Source: Candidatus Dormibacteria bacterium (GTDB lineage Bacteria; Chloroflexota; Dormibacteria; Aeolococcales; Aeolococcaceae). From it: a stretch of 64,000 nt of DNA. Where the stretch lies: contig JBOHUD010000064.1 in the NCBI GenBank assembly GCA_050734155.1, forward strand, positions 138,181-202,180. The letters are read 5' to 3'. The notes below the pieces were generated by a model. That model saw only the letters and a program-made list of their open reading frames with translations. It ran no database searches and was not told the origin of the DNA. Positions 44,566-56,122 of the stretch are shown here, piece by piece. Each line of letters opens with the position of its first letter. Within the stretch, counting starts at the first letter, position 1. Made by a program: the position numbers and the translations under genes.

Positions 44566-45446
44566 GGTCGCGGTGGTGCGGGGTGCCCCGCGGGGCGCTC
44601 GAAGGACACCACCCGCGGCCGCCCGCCGAGGTCCTCGTGGACAGCGGTGATCAGGCCGTCGCCGGCCAGCGCCGCCACCTCGTCGGCGGCCCGGATGTCG
44701 ACCTCGAGCGCCGCCCACCCGGCCGGGGCAAGCAGGGTCGCCAGCGCGGGCACCAGAGCACGGTAGGCGTCGAGCCCGTCGCCACCCCCGTCGAGAGCCA
44801 GGGCGGGCTCGCGGTCGCGGACGTCGCGGGCCAGGCCCGCCAGTTCCGCCGAGGGGATGTACGGAGGGTTGGCGACCACGATGTCGAAGACGCGGCCGCG
44901 CAGCGGCTCGCCCCACGACCCGGCCCGCAGCTCGACCCGGTCGCCGACGTGATGGCGGGCCACGTTGGCGGCGGCCACCGCCAGCGCCGCCTCGCTGACG
45001 TCGGTGGCGGTCACCCGCGCCCCGGGCAGCTCGGCCGCCAGGCTGACCGCGATGCAGCCGCTGCCCGTGGCCACGTCGGCGATGCGCAGGGGGTCGCGCT
45101 CCACGGATCGCGCCCGGCGCACCGCCAGCTCGACCAGGGTCTCCGTCTCCGGCCGGGGGATGAGGACGTCGGCGGACACCGCGAAGGGGCGTGAGTAGAA
45201 CTCGCGCTCGCCTGTGATGTGCGCCACGGGCTCGCCCTCGCCACGGCGGCGCACCAGGTCGCGGACGGCGCCCAGCTGCGCCTCGTCGAGGGGTCTGTCG
45301 AACTGCAGGTAGAGGTCGAGGCGGCGCATCCGCAGAGCGGTGGCGGCGAGGAGCTCGGCATCGAGGCGGGGTGAGCTGCTCCCGTGGCTCTGGAGGTAGC
45401 CGGTGCTCAGCCGCACCACCTCCATGAGGGTGCGCTCCGCGCTCAT
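44538..45446 (-). CDS. prmC: Release factor glutamine methyltransferase PrmC (HemK)
   Basis: 302 aa. ADVATGSGCIAVSL SAM motif, NPPY motif (VVANPPYIP). Confidence 0.9.
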   Translation of the reverse strand: MSAERTLMEVVRLSTGYLQSHGSSSPRLDAELLAATALRMRRLDLYLQFDRPLDEAQLGAVRDLVRRRGEGEPVAHITGEREFYSRPFAVSADVLIPRPETETLVELAVRRARSVERDPLRIADVATGSGCIAVSLAAELPGARVTATDVSEAALAVAAANVARHHVGDRVELRAGSWGEPLRGRVFDIVVANPPYIPSAELAGLARDVRDREPALALDGGGDGLDAYRALVPALATLLAPAGWAALEVDIRAADEVAALAGDGLITAVHEDLGGRPRVVSFERPAGHPAPPRPCPAPPATR

Positions 45447-45479
45447 CGCAGTCCCGGGGCGTGGCGGCGAGCCGGGCGA

Positions 45480-46565
45480 TCACTCATCGCCGTCATCGTC
45501 GAGGAGCCGGCGCGCCTGGTCCTCCTGGGCCAGCGGTTCGATGAGCAGCTCGAGCTCGCCGTCCAGGACCTTGGGCAGCTGGAAGATGTCGAGGTGGATG
45601 CGGTGGTCGGTGATGCGCGCCTGCCCGTAGTTGTAGGTGCGGATCTTCTCGCTGCGATCGCCGCTGCCCACCGCCGACCGGCGGGTCGCCCTGAGCTCCG
45701 CGTCGCGATCGGCCTGGGCCAGGTCGTAGAGCCGGGCGCGGAGCACGCGCATCGCCTTGGCACGGTTCTTGATCTGCGACTTCTCATCCTGGCAGGTGAC
45801 CACGAGCCCGGTGGGCAGGTGGGTGATGCGCACCGCCGAGTCGGTGGTGTTGACGCTCTGCCCGCCCGGACAGGTGCTGCGGTAGACGTCGACCTTGATC
45901 TCGTTCTCGGCGATGTTGACCTCCACCTCGTCGGCCTCGGGGAGCACCACCACCGACGCCGCCGAGGTGTGGATGCGTCCCTGTGACTCGGTCTGCGGGA
46001 CGCGCTGGACGCGGTGCACGCCCGACTCGAACTTCAGCTTCGAGAAGGCGCCTCGGCCGTGCACCTCGAAGATCACCTCCCTGAAGCCGTGGGTGCCCGA
46101 CTCGCTGGCCAGGAGCAGCTCCAGCCGCCAGCGCTGCCGCTCCGCGTAGCGGCTGTACATGCGGAAGAGGTCGGCCGCGAAGATGGCGGCCTCGTCGCCC
46201 CCGCTGCCGGCCCGGATCTCCACCACCACGTCGCGCTCGTCGTTGGGGTCGGTGGGGACGAGCAGCGCACGGAGGCGGCGCTGCGCCGCTGCTTCGAGGG
46301 CGCGCTGGGCGGCCTCCTCCTCGGCGGCCATGGCCACGATGCCGGGGTCGGTCTCGCTGCGCTGCAACTCCGCGGCCTCGGCGGCCGCCTGGCGGGCGCT
46401 CCGCCAGGCGCGCCCCGTCTCCACCACCTCGCGCAGCCTGGCCTGCTCCCGGGAGAGGCGCTGCACCCGATCCAGGTCGCTGAACGCGTCCGGTTGAGCG
46501 AGCTGGGCGGCGATCTCGTCAAATCGTTCCTCGAGCGCGCGCAAACGATCGTCGAGGGCGGCCAT
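45480..46565 (-). CDS. prfA: Peptide chain release factor 1
   Basis: 361 aa from ATG 46565. PxT-region, GGQ motif ([24 protein letters not shown]). Confidence 0.95.
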   Translation of the reverse strand: MAALDDRLRALEERFDEIAAQLAQPDAFSDLDRVQRLSREQARLREVVETGRAWRSARQAAAEAAELQRSETDPGIVAMAAEEEAAQRALEAAAQRRLRALLVPTDPNDERDVVVEIRAGSGGDEAAIFAADLFRMYSRYAERQRWRLELLLASESGTHGFREVIFEVHGRGAFSKLKFESGVHRVQRVPQTESQGRIHTSAASVVVLPEADEVEVNIAENEIKVDVYRSTCPGGQSVNTTDSAVRITHLPTGLVVTCQDEKSQIKNRAKAMRVLRARLYDLAQADRDAELRATRRSAVGSGDRSEKIRTYNYGQARITDHRIHLDIFQLPKVLDGELELLIEPLAQEDQARRLLDDDGDE

Positions 46566-46576
46566 GGAGCGGAAGG

Positions 46577-47476
46577 TTAGCCGCGCAGGGTGGCGCTGGC
46601 GTCGTGCAGCTCGCCGACCGCATCGTCGCCGCTGCGGGCCGCCGCCAGCGCGCTGATGGCCACCTCGATCTGGCGGTCGTCGGGCTCGCGGGTGGAGAGG
46701 CGCTGGGTGGCCAGCACCGGGACCAGCGCGATCCGCCCCGCGGTGGTGTGGCGAACCCTGGCGAGGCCGCGGATCGCCTCGTAGGAGATGGCCGCCACCA
46801 GCGGAACCAGGGCCACCTGCAGGGCGACGCGCACCGGGATCGGCAGCACGCCCAGGGGTGCGAAGACGATGACGCTGACCAGTGCCACCACCACCAGGAA
46901 ACCGGTGCCGCAGCGCGGGTGGAGGCGGCTGCTGAGGCGGACGTGGCCGACGTCCACGGCCGCGCCGGATTCCAGGCAGTTGATCGCCTTGTGCTCGGCG
47001 CCGTGGTACTCGAAGAGGCGGCGCACACTGCGCACCCGCCCGATCAATGCCAGGTAGCCGAGCAGGATGAGGGCGCGCAGACCGCCCTCGAGGAGCACCC
47101 CCACCACGCTGCGCTGCGAGCCGCGATGCAGGACCGAGGCGAGCAGCAGGGGCAGCCCGATGAAGAGGCCGAGCGCGACCACGATCGATATCCCGACGGT
47201 GACGCGCAGGGTGTTGGCGGTGAGCTCCGCCTCCTCGCCCAGCTGCACGTTCGCCGACCATTGCAGGGCGCGCATCCCCAGGGCCAGCATCTCGTAGAGG
47301 CCGGCCACGCCGCGCAGGAACGGCCGCGCCCAGATGGGGTTGGTGTAGACGCGCGAGGTGAGCAGCTCGGACCTGACGGTGATGCTCCCGTCCGGCCGGC
47401 GCGCGGCCACGGCGTAGTGGTGGCGGCCGCGCATCAGCACCCCCTCGATCACCGCCTGGCCGCCGTAGAAGAACAT
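46577..47476 (-). CDS. DUF1385-family membrane protein (commonly linked to prfA)
   Basis: Start [17 protein letters not shown] (ATG 47476), ~299 aa. Multiple TM helices, HGAEHK motif. Confidence 0.7.
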   Translation of the reverse strand: MFFYGGQAVIEGVLMRGRHHYAVAARRPDGSITVRSELLTSRVYTNPIWARPFLRGVAGLYEMLALGMRALQWSANVQLGEEAELTANTLRVTVGISIVVALGLFIGLPLLLASVLHRGSQRSVVGVLLEGGLRALILLGYLALIGRVRSVRRLFEYHGAEHKAINCLESGAAVDVGHVRLSSRLHPRCGTGFLVVVALVSVIVFAPLGVLPIPVRVALQVALVPLVAAISYEAIRGLARVRHTTAGRIALVPVLATQRLSTREPDDRQIEVAISALAAARSGDDAVGELHDASATLRG

Positions 47477-47609
47477 CTGCGGCGGGGCGGTGGCGGCGCT
47501 GAGCGCCGCGGTGAGCAGGATGTCGCGCACCCCGGGGCGCGGCCGCGGCGCGCTCACGCCGGGCGGGCGCCCGTGCCCGGCTCGGCGGGGTGGCCCAGCT
47601 CCGCGCCGC

Positions 47610-47840
47610 TCAGCTGGCGTCGGCGGGCTGCTTGCCGGTCTTGGCGGCGGCACGGCGTCGGAAGCGCTCCACCTGGCCCCCGGTGTCGATGATGCGCTGG
47701 GTGCCGGTGAAGAAGGGATGGCAGACGGAGCACACCTCTGTCTTCAGCTCGGCCAGCGTCGACCCGGTGGTGAAGGTGTTGCCGCAGAGGCAGGTCACGA
47801 CGGCGTCGGTGTGGTACTGGGGATGGATCTCGGTCTTCAT
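47610..47840 (-). CDS. rpmE: 50S ribosomal protein L31 (zinc-ribbon type)
   Basis: 76 aa. [28 protein letters not shown]...[11 protein letters not shown] with 4 Cys. Confidence 0.93.
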   Translation of the reverse strand: MKTEIHPQYHTDAVVTCLCGNTFTTGSTLAELKTEVCSVCHPFFTGTQRIIDTGGQVERFRRRAAAKTGKQPADAS

Positions 47841-47910
47841 GGCACTCGGAAACAGACGGGTGGGGAACGGAGTTCAGCATAGCATGCGCCCGAAAACGGG
47901 CTGATCGCGG

Positions 47911-49149
47911 TCACCCCACCGTCACCGGCCGGGTGAAGTTGCCGTGCTCCACACCGGGCAGCAGCCGGCCCAGGCGACGGTGCGCGGCGCGCAGGCCGAT
48001 GCCGCGGCCGAGGGGAGGCAGGACATCGATCAGCCAGTCGTGATCGACGTTGAGCGAGCGCCACTGCACCTGGTCGACGTGCATCGCCAGGCAGGCGCGC
48101 ACGGTGGCGTCGATCTCCACGGCGACGTCGGTGATCCCCGGGAAGGTGAGCAGGTTGAGGCAGACCTGGCCACCGCGGTCGTGCACCAGGCGACCGCAGC
48201 GGAGCACATCGTCGAGGTCGTACCCCAGCGGTCGGTAGTAGGCGCGGAAGACGGCGTCGTTGAAGGAGATGGCGCTGATGCGCACGCTGTTGAGGCCGGC
48301 CTCGACGAGGCCCTCGAGGACGTGCGGCTTGCTCCCATTGGTGTTGATGTGGATGGTCGCGGTGGGGTGCAGGGCGCGGATCCTCCGGGTCGCCTCCACC
48401 AGGGCGTCGTCGCGAGTGAGGGCCTCGCCCTCGCAGCCCTGCCCGAAGGAGACGATGGCGGCCTCGTCGCCGCCCAGGTGCCAGTCGGCCAGGGCCACCA
48501 GCTCGTCGGCGGTGGGCGCGAAGCGCATCCGCTCCTGGGGGGCCGGGGCCTCGCCGTCGCTCTGCAGGGAGATGCAGCCCAGGCAGTCGGCATTGCACGC
48601 CGGGGAGGCGGGCAGCGCCCCCTCGTAGCGGCGGTGGAATGTGTTCTGGGCCGTGTAGCAGCGATTCTCCAGGGCACAGCGGGCGAGGTGGTCGACCAGG
48701 CGGTTGCCGGGAAGCGCCGCTTGCGCCGTCGCCACCGCGGCGGGGAGGTCGGCCCGGCCGTAGCGGGCCGGCTGCCACCAGTCGAAGCTGTCGGTGCGCA
48801 GGGCCGCGCACATGAGCTCCCCGTCGTGCTCGGCCACGGCGGTGTATCCGTAGAGGGGCAGGCGTCGCGCCCCAGGGAGGCGGCTGGTCGCCGGGAGCAG
48901 GGTGCGCAGGTGACCCACGGGGAGGACGGCGGCCACCGCCAGCCACTCCCCCACCACCTCGACGGCGCCGCCGTCGCTGTCCACCGCCAGCGGACGGCGG
49001 CCCGGCAGGTGGGTGAGCGTGGCCTCCTCCGGGAGCGGCACCAGCTCGGCGGCGGTCAGCTCCACCAGCTCGCGACCGCTCCGCCCGGCCGCGCGATAGC
49101 CCTCGAGAACCTCGATGGAGCCGTCGGGACCTCCGGCGATGACCTGCAT
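47911..49149 (-). CDS. Radical SAM superfamily protein with ~180-aa N-terminal domain and atypical CX3CXGC cluster
   Basis: 412 aa from ATG 49149. ...GALPASPACNADCLGCISLQ (CX3CX2C with Gly instead of the usual aromatic before Cys3), downstream SFGQGCEGEA (GGE-like) and HINTNGS. Confidence 0.6.
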   Translation of the reverse strand: MQVIAGGPDGSIEVLEGYRAAGRSGRELVELTAAELVPLPEEATLTHLPGRRPLAVDSDGGAVEVVGEWLAVAAVLPVGHLRTLLPATSRLPGARRLPLYGYTAVAEHDGELMCAALRTDSFDWWQPARYGRADLPAAVATAQAALPGNRLVDHLARCALENRCYTAQNTFHRRYEGALPASPACNADCLGCISLQSDGEAPAPQERMRFAPTADELVALADWHLGGDEAAIVSFGQGCEGEALTRDDALVEATRRIRALHPTATIHINTNGSKPHVLEGLVEAGLNSVRISAISFNDAVFRAYYRPLGYDLDDVLRCGRLVHDRGGQVCLNLLTFPGITDVAVEIDATVRACLAMHVDQVQWRSLNVDHDWLIDVLPPLGRGIGLRAAHRRLGRLLPGVEHGNFTRPVTVG

Positions 49150-49207
49150 CCCGGGATTATGGAGTGGCTTCGATCTGGGACCGACCGCCGGACGCTCCAG
49201 GCCGAGC

Positions 49208-50590
49208 TCAGGGGCCAGAGGGTTGCTCCGCACTGCGCCTGGCGGCGGCGTTGGCGAGGTTGCCCGCCACCACGACGATGGTGTGGTCGAGGTCGAAGGA
49301 TGCTCCGCCACCGCCGGCCCTGGGGGTGGCCGGTGCAACCGCTGCGCCGGCGACCCGGGCGGTGTCGCCCAGCCAGCCCATGCCCCGCGCCGCGACCTGC
49401 GCGACGCCGGTCGCCCGCACCGCGATGGGACGGCCGTCGCCGGTCTCGAAGCGGACCTCACCACGGCGGCGCGCCGCCCTGTCGGGGCCGGCGACGATCC
49501 GGAAGGCGCCCTCGTGGTGGCGATGGTGGTGGAAGCGGCAGAGGGAGAGGAGATTGTCGAGGTCGGTGCGACCCTGGTCGGGCCAGGCGACGAGGTGGTG
49601 CCCCTCGGTGTCGGCCGCGGGGACCCCGCAGCCCGGGTAGCGGCAGCCCCGGTCGCGGAGCTGGAGGAGGCGGCGCTGCCGCCCCGACACCACCCGCCGG
49701 GCCCGGCCCACATCCAGGGGAACGCCACCGCGCTCGAGCACCGCCAACACGCTGGCGTCGCAGCCGATCCGCCGGGCCGCGGCCACCGCGATCGCCGGCC
49801 CATCCTCGAGGTGACAGCGGCCCCCGGTGTCGGCACCGGTGAGGGTGTCGAGGTCGACGTGGACCACCAGCTCGGCGGGCGCGCTCCCCGGCGGCGCCGC
49901 CGCGCTGGCGGCGAGCCAGCCCCGGCAGATGCGCACCAGCGCGTCGGCGCGGCGCGCTCCCTGGGGGTGGTCGGCCTCGCCCTCGGCACAGGGGTCCTCG
50001 CCGGCCAGCTCGGCGACCGCCGCCGCCGGGCGGAGAACCGCGGACTCGATGGCGTTGAGCACCAGCCGGCCCTCCTCCGGGGGCAGGGTGGCGGAGAGGG
50101 CGAGCAGGCCGTCCTGGTCGAGCCACCAGCAGACCAGGCGGCGCCGGGCCCGCTGCAGAGCGGCCCGCTCGGGGTCGTCGACCGCGATGGAGCGGCGGTA
50201 CTCACGGCAGATCCGCGCCAGCTGCGCTCCCGAGGCCTCGCGGGCCAGCTGCAGCCAGATCGCCTCATCGTCGGCGGTGGCCACCAGGGTGAGCAGGCGC
50301 ACCTTGTCGAAGGACAGCGAGCCTGCCGCGAAGGCCTCGTGGAGGAGCGGCAGTCGGCGCAGCGCCCGGCCGGCGCGGAGGATCTCGCGCGCGTTCCACA
50401 GATCGATGCCGGTGTTGATGGTCAGCCAGTGGGCGCCGCTCCGCATGCCCATGCCCGACCAGCGCTCCGCCTCATCGAACTGCGCTGCCAGGTCGACGAA
50501 GCGCGCGGTGGCGGCGTGGAGATGCCCTGCCAGGGCAACGATCTGGTCCTCCGGCTGCGCCTTCACCACGCCTCTGATTGTACCAAACAT
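49208..50590 (-). CDS. DUF222 + HNH endonuclease domain protein (REP13E12-like)
   Basis: ~460 aa from ATG 50590. C-terminal HNH: GCRYPGCGVPAADTEGHHLVAWPDQGRTDLDNLLSLCRFHHHRHHEG. Confidence 0.8.
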   Translation of the reverse strand: MFGTIRGVVKAQPEDQIVALAGHLHAATARFVDLAAQFDEAERWSGMGMRSGAHWLTINTGIDLWNAREILRAGRALRRLPLLHEAFAAGSLSFDKVRLLTLVATADDEAIWLQLAREASGAQLARICREYRRSIAVDDPERAALQRARRRLVCWWLDQDGLLALSATLPPEEGRLVLNAIESAVLRPAAAVAELAGEDPCAEGEADHPQGARRADALVRICRGWLAASAAAPPGSAPAELVVHVDLDTLTGADTGGRCHLEDGPAIAVAAARRIGCDASVLAVLERGGVPLDVGRARRVVSGRQRRLLQLRDRGCRYPGCGVPAADTEGHHLVAWPDQGRTDLDNLLSLCRFHHHRHHEGAFRIVAGPDRAARRRGEVRFETGDGRPIAVRATGVAQVAARGMGWLGDTARVAGAAVAPATPRAGGGGASFDLDHTIVVVAGNLANAAARRSAEQPSGP

Positions 50591-51069
50591 ATGTTCGTGC
50601 GGCCATCGGTTTGGCGGACAGTGCGCGCCCAATGAGGCGGGCGTGGACTGGGGATGGCGGGGTCGGTGGGGCCGCTCGTCCACCCTCACGGCAGCACCGC
50701 CATCCAGCAGACGACGCCGACGTCGTCCTCGGTGATCGGGTCGACGAGCGGCGGCGCCTCCACCGGGCGAAGGCCAAAGCCGGCCACGACGCCGACGATC
50801 CGGGTCGCCGCATCATCTGGCGTCGTCCGGCCCGCAGCGACGTCGGATGCGATCTCCGACAGGGCGCGCCGCACCGTGCTGCTGCGCTCGTATGGAAGGG
50901 GTGGAGCGGGGCGCGAAGTGCCGGGCGCCTCATGGTGGTCACACAGACGAGTATATCCACTGTTCTGTGTGATCGCACTGACCCAACCTGGGGCGCTGAG
51001 CACGGACACCCCACCGGGCGACCAATCGGCCCGGCCCACGCCCCACGGCGCCACGCTGTCCCGCAGGTG

Positions 51070-52047
51070 TCAGGCGGCGCGCAGCTCCGCCGGGATCGCG
51101 GTGACGGTGCGCAGCTCACCGTCTCGAACCACGCGCAGCACCGCGAAGCGATCGAACACCTCGGCCATCATCAGCCGCTGCACATCGCCCGCCGTCTGGA
51201 CGGGGTGGGAGTCGAGCTCGACGATGACGTCGCCCGGCCTGAGCCCGGCGCCGTCGGCCGCGCTGCCGGGCACCACCTCGACGACCCGCAGCCCGCGGCC
51301 GCGCCCCAGCTCGGCGCTGAGCCGGGCCGAGAGCGGCTGGGAACGGCCCGCCACCCCGAGGAAGCCGCGCCGCACCCTGCCGTGCTGCATCAGGGCGGCG
51401 ATGATCGCCAGCGTGGTGGCGTTGATGGGCACGGCCAGCCCCAGCCCGTAGCCGGCCAGGGCGGTGTTGATGCCCACCACCCGGGCGCTCCCATCCGCCA
51501 GCGCCCCGCCGGAGTTGCCGGGATTGAGCGCGGCGTCGGTCTGGATCACGTTTTCGACCACCCGCATGTGGCCCCCGGAATGGGTGGGCAGCGACCGGCC
51601 CAGCGCGCTGATCACCCCCGCGGTCACCGACCCCGCCAGGCCGTGGGGGTTGCCGATGGCGACGACCAGCTCGCCGACCCGCAGCAGGTCGGCGTCGCCG
51701 AGCGCGGCCGGGGCCAGGTCGCCGGCGCCGGCCCGGACCACGGCGATGTCGGAGAGGACATCCTCGCCGACCACGTCGAAGGGCAGCTGGCGCCCGTCGG
51801 AGGCGTGCGCCGACCCGCCCACCCCGCCGTGGACCACGTGCGCGGAGGTGACCAGGTAGCCGTCCCCGGTCAGCACCCAGGCGGAGCCGCTCCCCGCCGG
51901 TCCGCGGCCACCCCGGGTGCGCTGTTCCACGACCAGGCTGAGCACCGACGGCGCCAGCTTCGCGGCCACGCCGCTGACCACCCGCGAGTAGGCGTCCAGG
52001 GGGGCCTCGCCCTCCCCATCCGCCGCCGGCGAACGCTCCGCAACCAT
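51070..52047 (-). CDS. Trypsin-like serine protease with PDZ domain (HtrA/DegP S1C family), catalytically intact
   Basis: 325 aa. TSAHVV (His), DIAVV (Asp), NPGNSGGAL (Ser), C-terminal PDZ (GFLGV...VPGSAADGAGLRPGDVIVELD). Confidence 0.88.
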   Translation of the reverse strand: MVAERSPAADGEGEAPLDAYSRVVSGVAAKLAPSVLSLVVEQRTRGGRGPAGSGSAWVLTGDGYLVTSAHVVHGGVGGSAHASDGRQLPFDVVGEDVLSDIAVVRAGAGDLAPAALGDADLLRVGELVVAIGNPHGLAGSVTAGVISALGRSLPTHSGGHMRVVENVIQTDAALNPGNSGGALADGSARVVGINTALAGYGLGLAVPINATTLAIIAALMQHGRVRRGFLGVAGRSQPLSARLSAELGRGRGLRVVEVVPGSAADGAGLRPGDVIVELDSHPVQTAGDVQRLMMAEVFDRFAVLRVVRDGELRTVTAIPAELRAA

Positions 52048-52048
52048 G

Positions 52049-52591
52049 TCAGCCGCCGCTCGGCCCCTGGCTGCGAACCTTCTCCACGGCGGTCAGCGCC
52101 TCGCGGAGGCTCTTGATCCATTCGTCCTGGTGGCGGCCGACGAGGCGGACGCACCAGGCCAGCGCCTCGCTGCGGCTGCGCGCCACCCCGGCATCGATGA
52201 GGGTGTCGAGGACCCCCCGATCACCCAGGCGGAGCCGGGTCATGACCGGCACTCCCAGGGTGGTGAAGTGCTCCTCGACCTCGCCGCAGCGCGCTCCCCA
52301 GGACACCTTGCGACCGAAGAGCCGCTCGGCCTCGGAGGCGACGCCGATGCGGCGCTCGCGGGTCTCCTCGCGGAACCTGGAGATGCGCGCGGCGCGGGCG
52401 GCGGTGCGCGCCGCCTCGTTGGCGTCGCCCGCCAGCTCGGGTTCGGGAATGGTCCCCACGATGAGGATCTCATCGCGGTCGCCGCTGATGGTCGGGGGTC
52501 CGGCGAAGAGGTCGTCGGGGATGCGCCCCGCGAACCAACCGGAGAGCTCGTCGTCGCTGTAGGTGGCCTGGGCCTCACGTTGGGTTTTCAT
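52049..52591 (-). CDS. Conserved hypothetical protein
   Basis: 180-aa ORF immediately upstream of (and nearly overlapping) the htrA-like gene; no recognised motif. Confidence 0.4.
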   Translation of the reverse strand: MKTQREAQATYSDDELSGWFAGRIPDDLFAGPPTISGDRDEILIVGTIPEPELAGDANEAARTAARAARISRFREETRERRIGVASEAERLFGRKVSWGARCGEVEEHFTTLGVPVMTRLRLGDRGVLDTLIDAGVARSRSEALAWCVRLVGRHQDEWIKSLREALTAVEKVRSQGPSGG

Positions 52592-52657
52592 GAATTACAT
52601 GATTACACAGAACGCCGGGCCATGCAACACCGGGCCTGCTGGAGCCGAGCGGGTCCG

Positions 52658-53668
52658 CTATCGGACCCGCCGCGCTCCCTCCGGGGGCAGGGCCATGTGG
52701 TGCTTGGTGAGGATCTCCCGGACGGTGCCGCTCTGGGCGCGCATCACCAGGCTGTGGGTCTCCGCCCACCAGTCGTGGTACTGCACACCGCGAAGGATCC
52801 CGCCCCCGCTGATGCCGGTGGCAGCGATGCTCACCTGCCGCCCGGGCACCAGCTGCTCCATGCTGATCGACTCCTCGGGGTCGAATCCGGCAGCGCGCAC
52901 CGCGGCCGCCTCCTCGTCGTGGCGGACCCAGGGCCGGCACTTCAGCTCCCCGCCCAGGCAGCGCATCGCGCACGCCGCCACGATGGCCTCCTGGGTGCCA
53001 CCCGATCCGATCATCACGTCGATGCCGCTTCCCGGCCAGGCGGCCATCATGGCCGCGCCCACGTCACCATCCGAGATGAGCGCCACCCGCGCCCCCAGGG
53101 AACGCACCCGCTCGAGCAGGGCCTGGTGGCGAGGACGGTCGAGCATGACCACGGTGAGGTCCTGGACCTGCACCTCCATGGCGAAGGCGATGCGGCGCAG
53201 GTTGTTCTCGGGTGTGTCGGCGATGTCCACCGCCCCCTTGGCGGCGGGTCCAACGGCGATCTTGTGCATGTACGCCACCGGGGGCGGCGAGAGGATCCCA
53301 CCGGGCTCGGCCGCGGCGGCGATGCTCAGCGCCTGGCTGAGGCCGCGCGCCACCAGGCTGACACCATCCACCGGGACGATGGCCAGGTCGATGCGCTCGC
53401 GACCGACGCCGATGCGCCGTCCCGGGGCGAGGTTGCTGTTGCCGCCCTCGGGGCCGATCACCACCCTCCCGTCGAAGGACATCCCGATGAGGGCCTCCTC
53501 CATCACGCCCTGGCCGGCGTCGCGGGCGCCCGACTTGTCGCCGCGACCCAGCCACCGTCCCACCGAGAGCGCCGCAGCCTCGGTGGCGCGGAGCAGCTCG
53601 AGGCCGCGGTGGCGATCACGGCCGACCCGCGCCGGCGGTGCGCGGTCAGGCACGGCGGTGTTGGCCAT
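52658..53668 (-). CDS. glpX: Fructose-1,6-bisphosphatase class II (GlpX)
   Basis: 336 aa. GlpX-like blocks including DLTVVMLDRPRHQALLERVRSLGARVALISDGDVGAAM and GSGGTQEAIVAACAMRCLGGE. Confidence 0.88.
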   Translation of the reverse strand: MANTAVPDRAPPARVGRDRHRGLELLRATEAAALSVGRWLGRGDKSGARDAGQGVMEEALIGMSFDGRVVIGPEGGNSNLAPGRRIGVGRERIDLAIVPVDGVSLVARGLSQALSIAAAAEPGGILSPPPVAYMHKIAVGPAAKGAVDIADTPENNLRRIAFAMEVQVQDLTVVMLDRPRHQALLERVRSLGARVALISDGDVGAAMMAAWPGSGIDVMIGSGGTQEAIVAACAMRCLGGELKCRPWVRHDEEAAAVRAAGFDPEESISMEQLVPGRQVSIAATGISGGGILRGVQYHDWWAETHSLVMRAQSGTVREILTKHHMALPPEGARRVR

Positions 53669-53698
53669 GGGCGCGATTATCGGCGGGGCGGAGGACCG

Positions 53699-55441
<1,743 letters not shown>

Positions 55442-56071
55442 TCAGGCCGCGCCCCGGGGCTCCAGGACGACCACGCGGGAGTCGTCCGAGCCCGTGATCG
55501 CACCGTTGAGGTTGAGCTTGGGAAGCGCCTGGTGGGCGTCCTCGGCCAGCCCCATCTCCCGGGTGAAGGTGTCGACCGGCTCGTACTCGCCGCTGCCGGG
55601 CGACGCCGGGGAGCGATAGCGAACGGGGATCACGATGGGTGGGCTGAGGGCGTTGACCAGCTTGGCCGCCGCCGGCGCGGCCAGGGCGTCGCCGCCGCCG
55701 ACCGGAGCGACGAGGACGTCGATGTGGCCGAGCGCATCGATCTCCTCCTCGGTGAGCTGGCGGTCGAGCCGGCCCACGCTGGCCACGCGGACGTCGTCGA
55801 TCTCCACGCGCATGATGGTGCGGCCGTTGCCGAGGTCGACGCCGCGCACGCTGACGCCGCGAACCTCGAACTCACCCGCCCCACTGACCTCCTGGCTCCG
55901 CCCATCCCGGGGGCGGAGCCGGTCGGCATCGGTGCGGCCCTCGGTGCGCACCACCAGGTCCGGGGTGGCCTTGCCCAGGCCGGGCAGCTGGCCGTCCTGG
56001 GGGTCGATCACCACCTGGGTGTCGCGGCCGCGGAGGCGCACACAGGACAGGCCGAGGTAGGTGATCTCCAT
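55442..56071 (-). CDS. MBL-fold metal-dependent hydrolase (UPF0173/Lactamase_B_3-like)
   Basis: 209 aa. MEITYLGLSCVRLRG... pattern of the UPF0173 family; no HxHxDH, consistent with this subfamily. Confidence 0.6.
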   Translation of the reverse strand: MEITYLGLSCVRLRGRDTQVVIDPQDGQLPGLGKATPDLVVRTEGRTDADRLRPRDGRSQEVSGAGEFEVRGVSVRGVDLGNGRTIMRVEIDDVRVASVGRLDRQLTEEEIDALGHIDVLVAPVGGGDALAAPAAAKLVNALSPPIVIPVRYRSPASPGSGEYEPVDTFTREMGLAEDAHQALPKLNLNGAITGSDDSRVVVLEPRGAA

Positions 56072-56122
56072 CTCGCGGCATGGTAGCCCCGGCGCGGAGA
56101 TCGCCGCTCCCGGACGCCGCCC

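Noticed and set aside
41666-44766. Long plus-strand ORFs (325, 346, 643 aa) antisense to wecA, glyA and sua5
   Set aside because: Low-complexity Arg/Gly/Ala/Pro-rich translations antisense to strongly conserved genes. This is characteristic of spurious ORFs in >70% GC DNA.
47837-48946. 369-aa minus-strand ORF (Arg/Pro/Gly-rich) overlapping the radical SAM gene
   Set aside because: Alternate-frame ORF with extreme Arg/Pro/Gly composition and no motifs. The radical SAM frame carries the conserved Cys cluster and coherent domain structure.
50654-51451. 265-aa plus-strand ORF and 122-aa minus-strand ORF in the HNH/htrA intergenic area
   Set aside because: The plus-strand ORF is antisense to the conserved HtrA-like gene. 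The 122-aa minus ORF has no motifs and spans the AT-rich putative regulatory island, so it is more likely non-coding.
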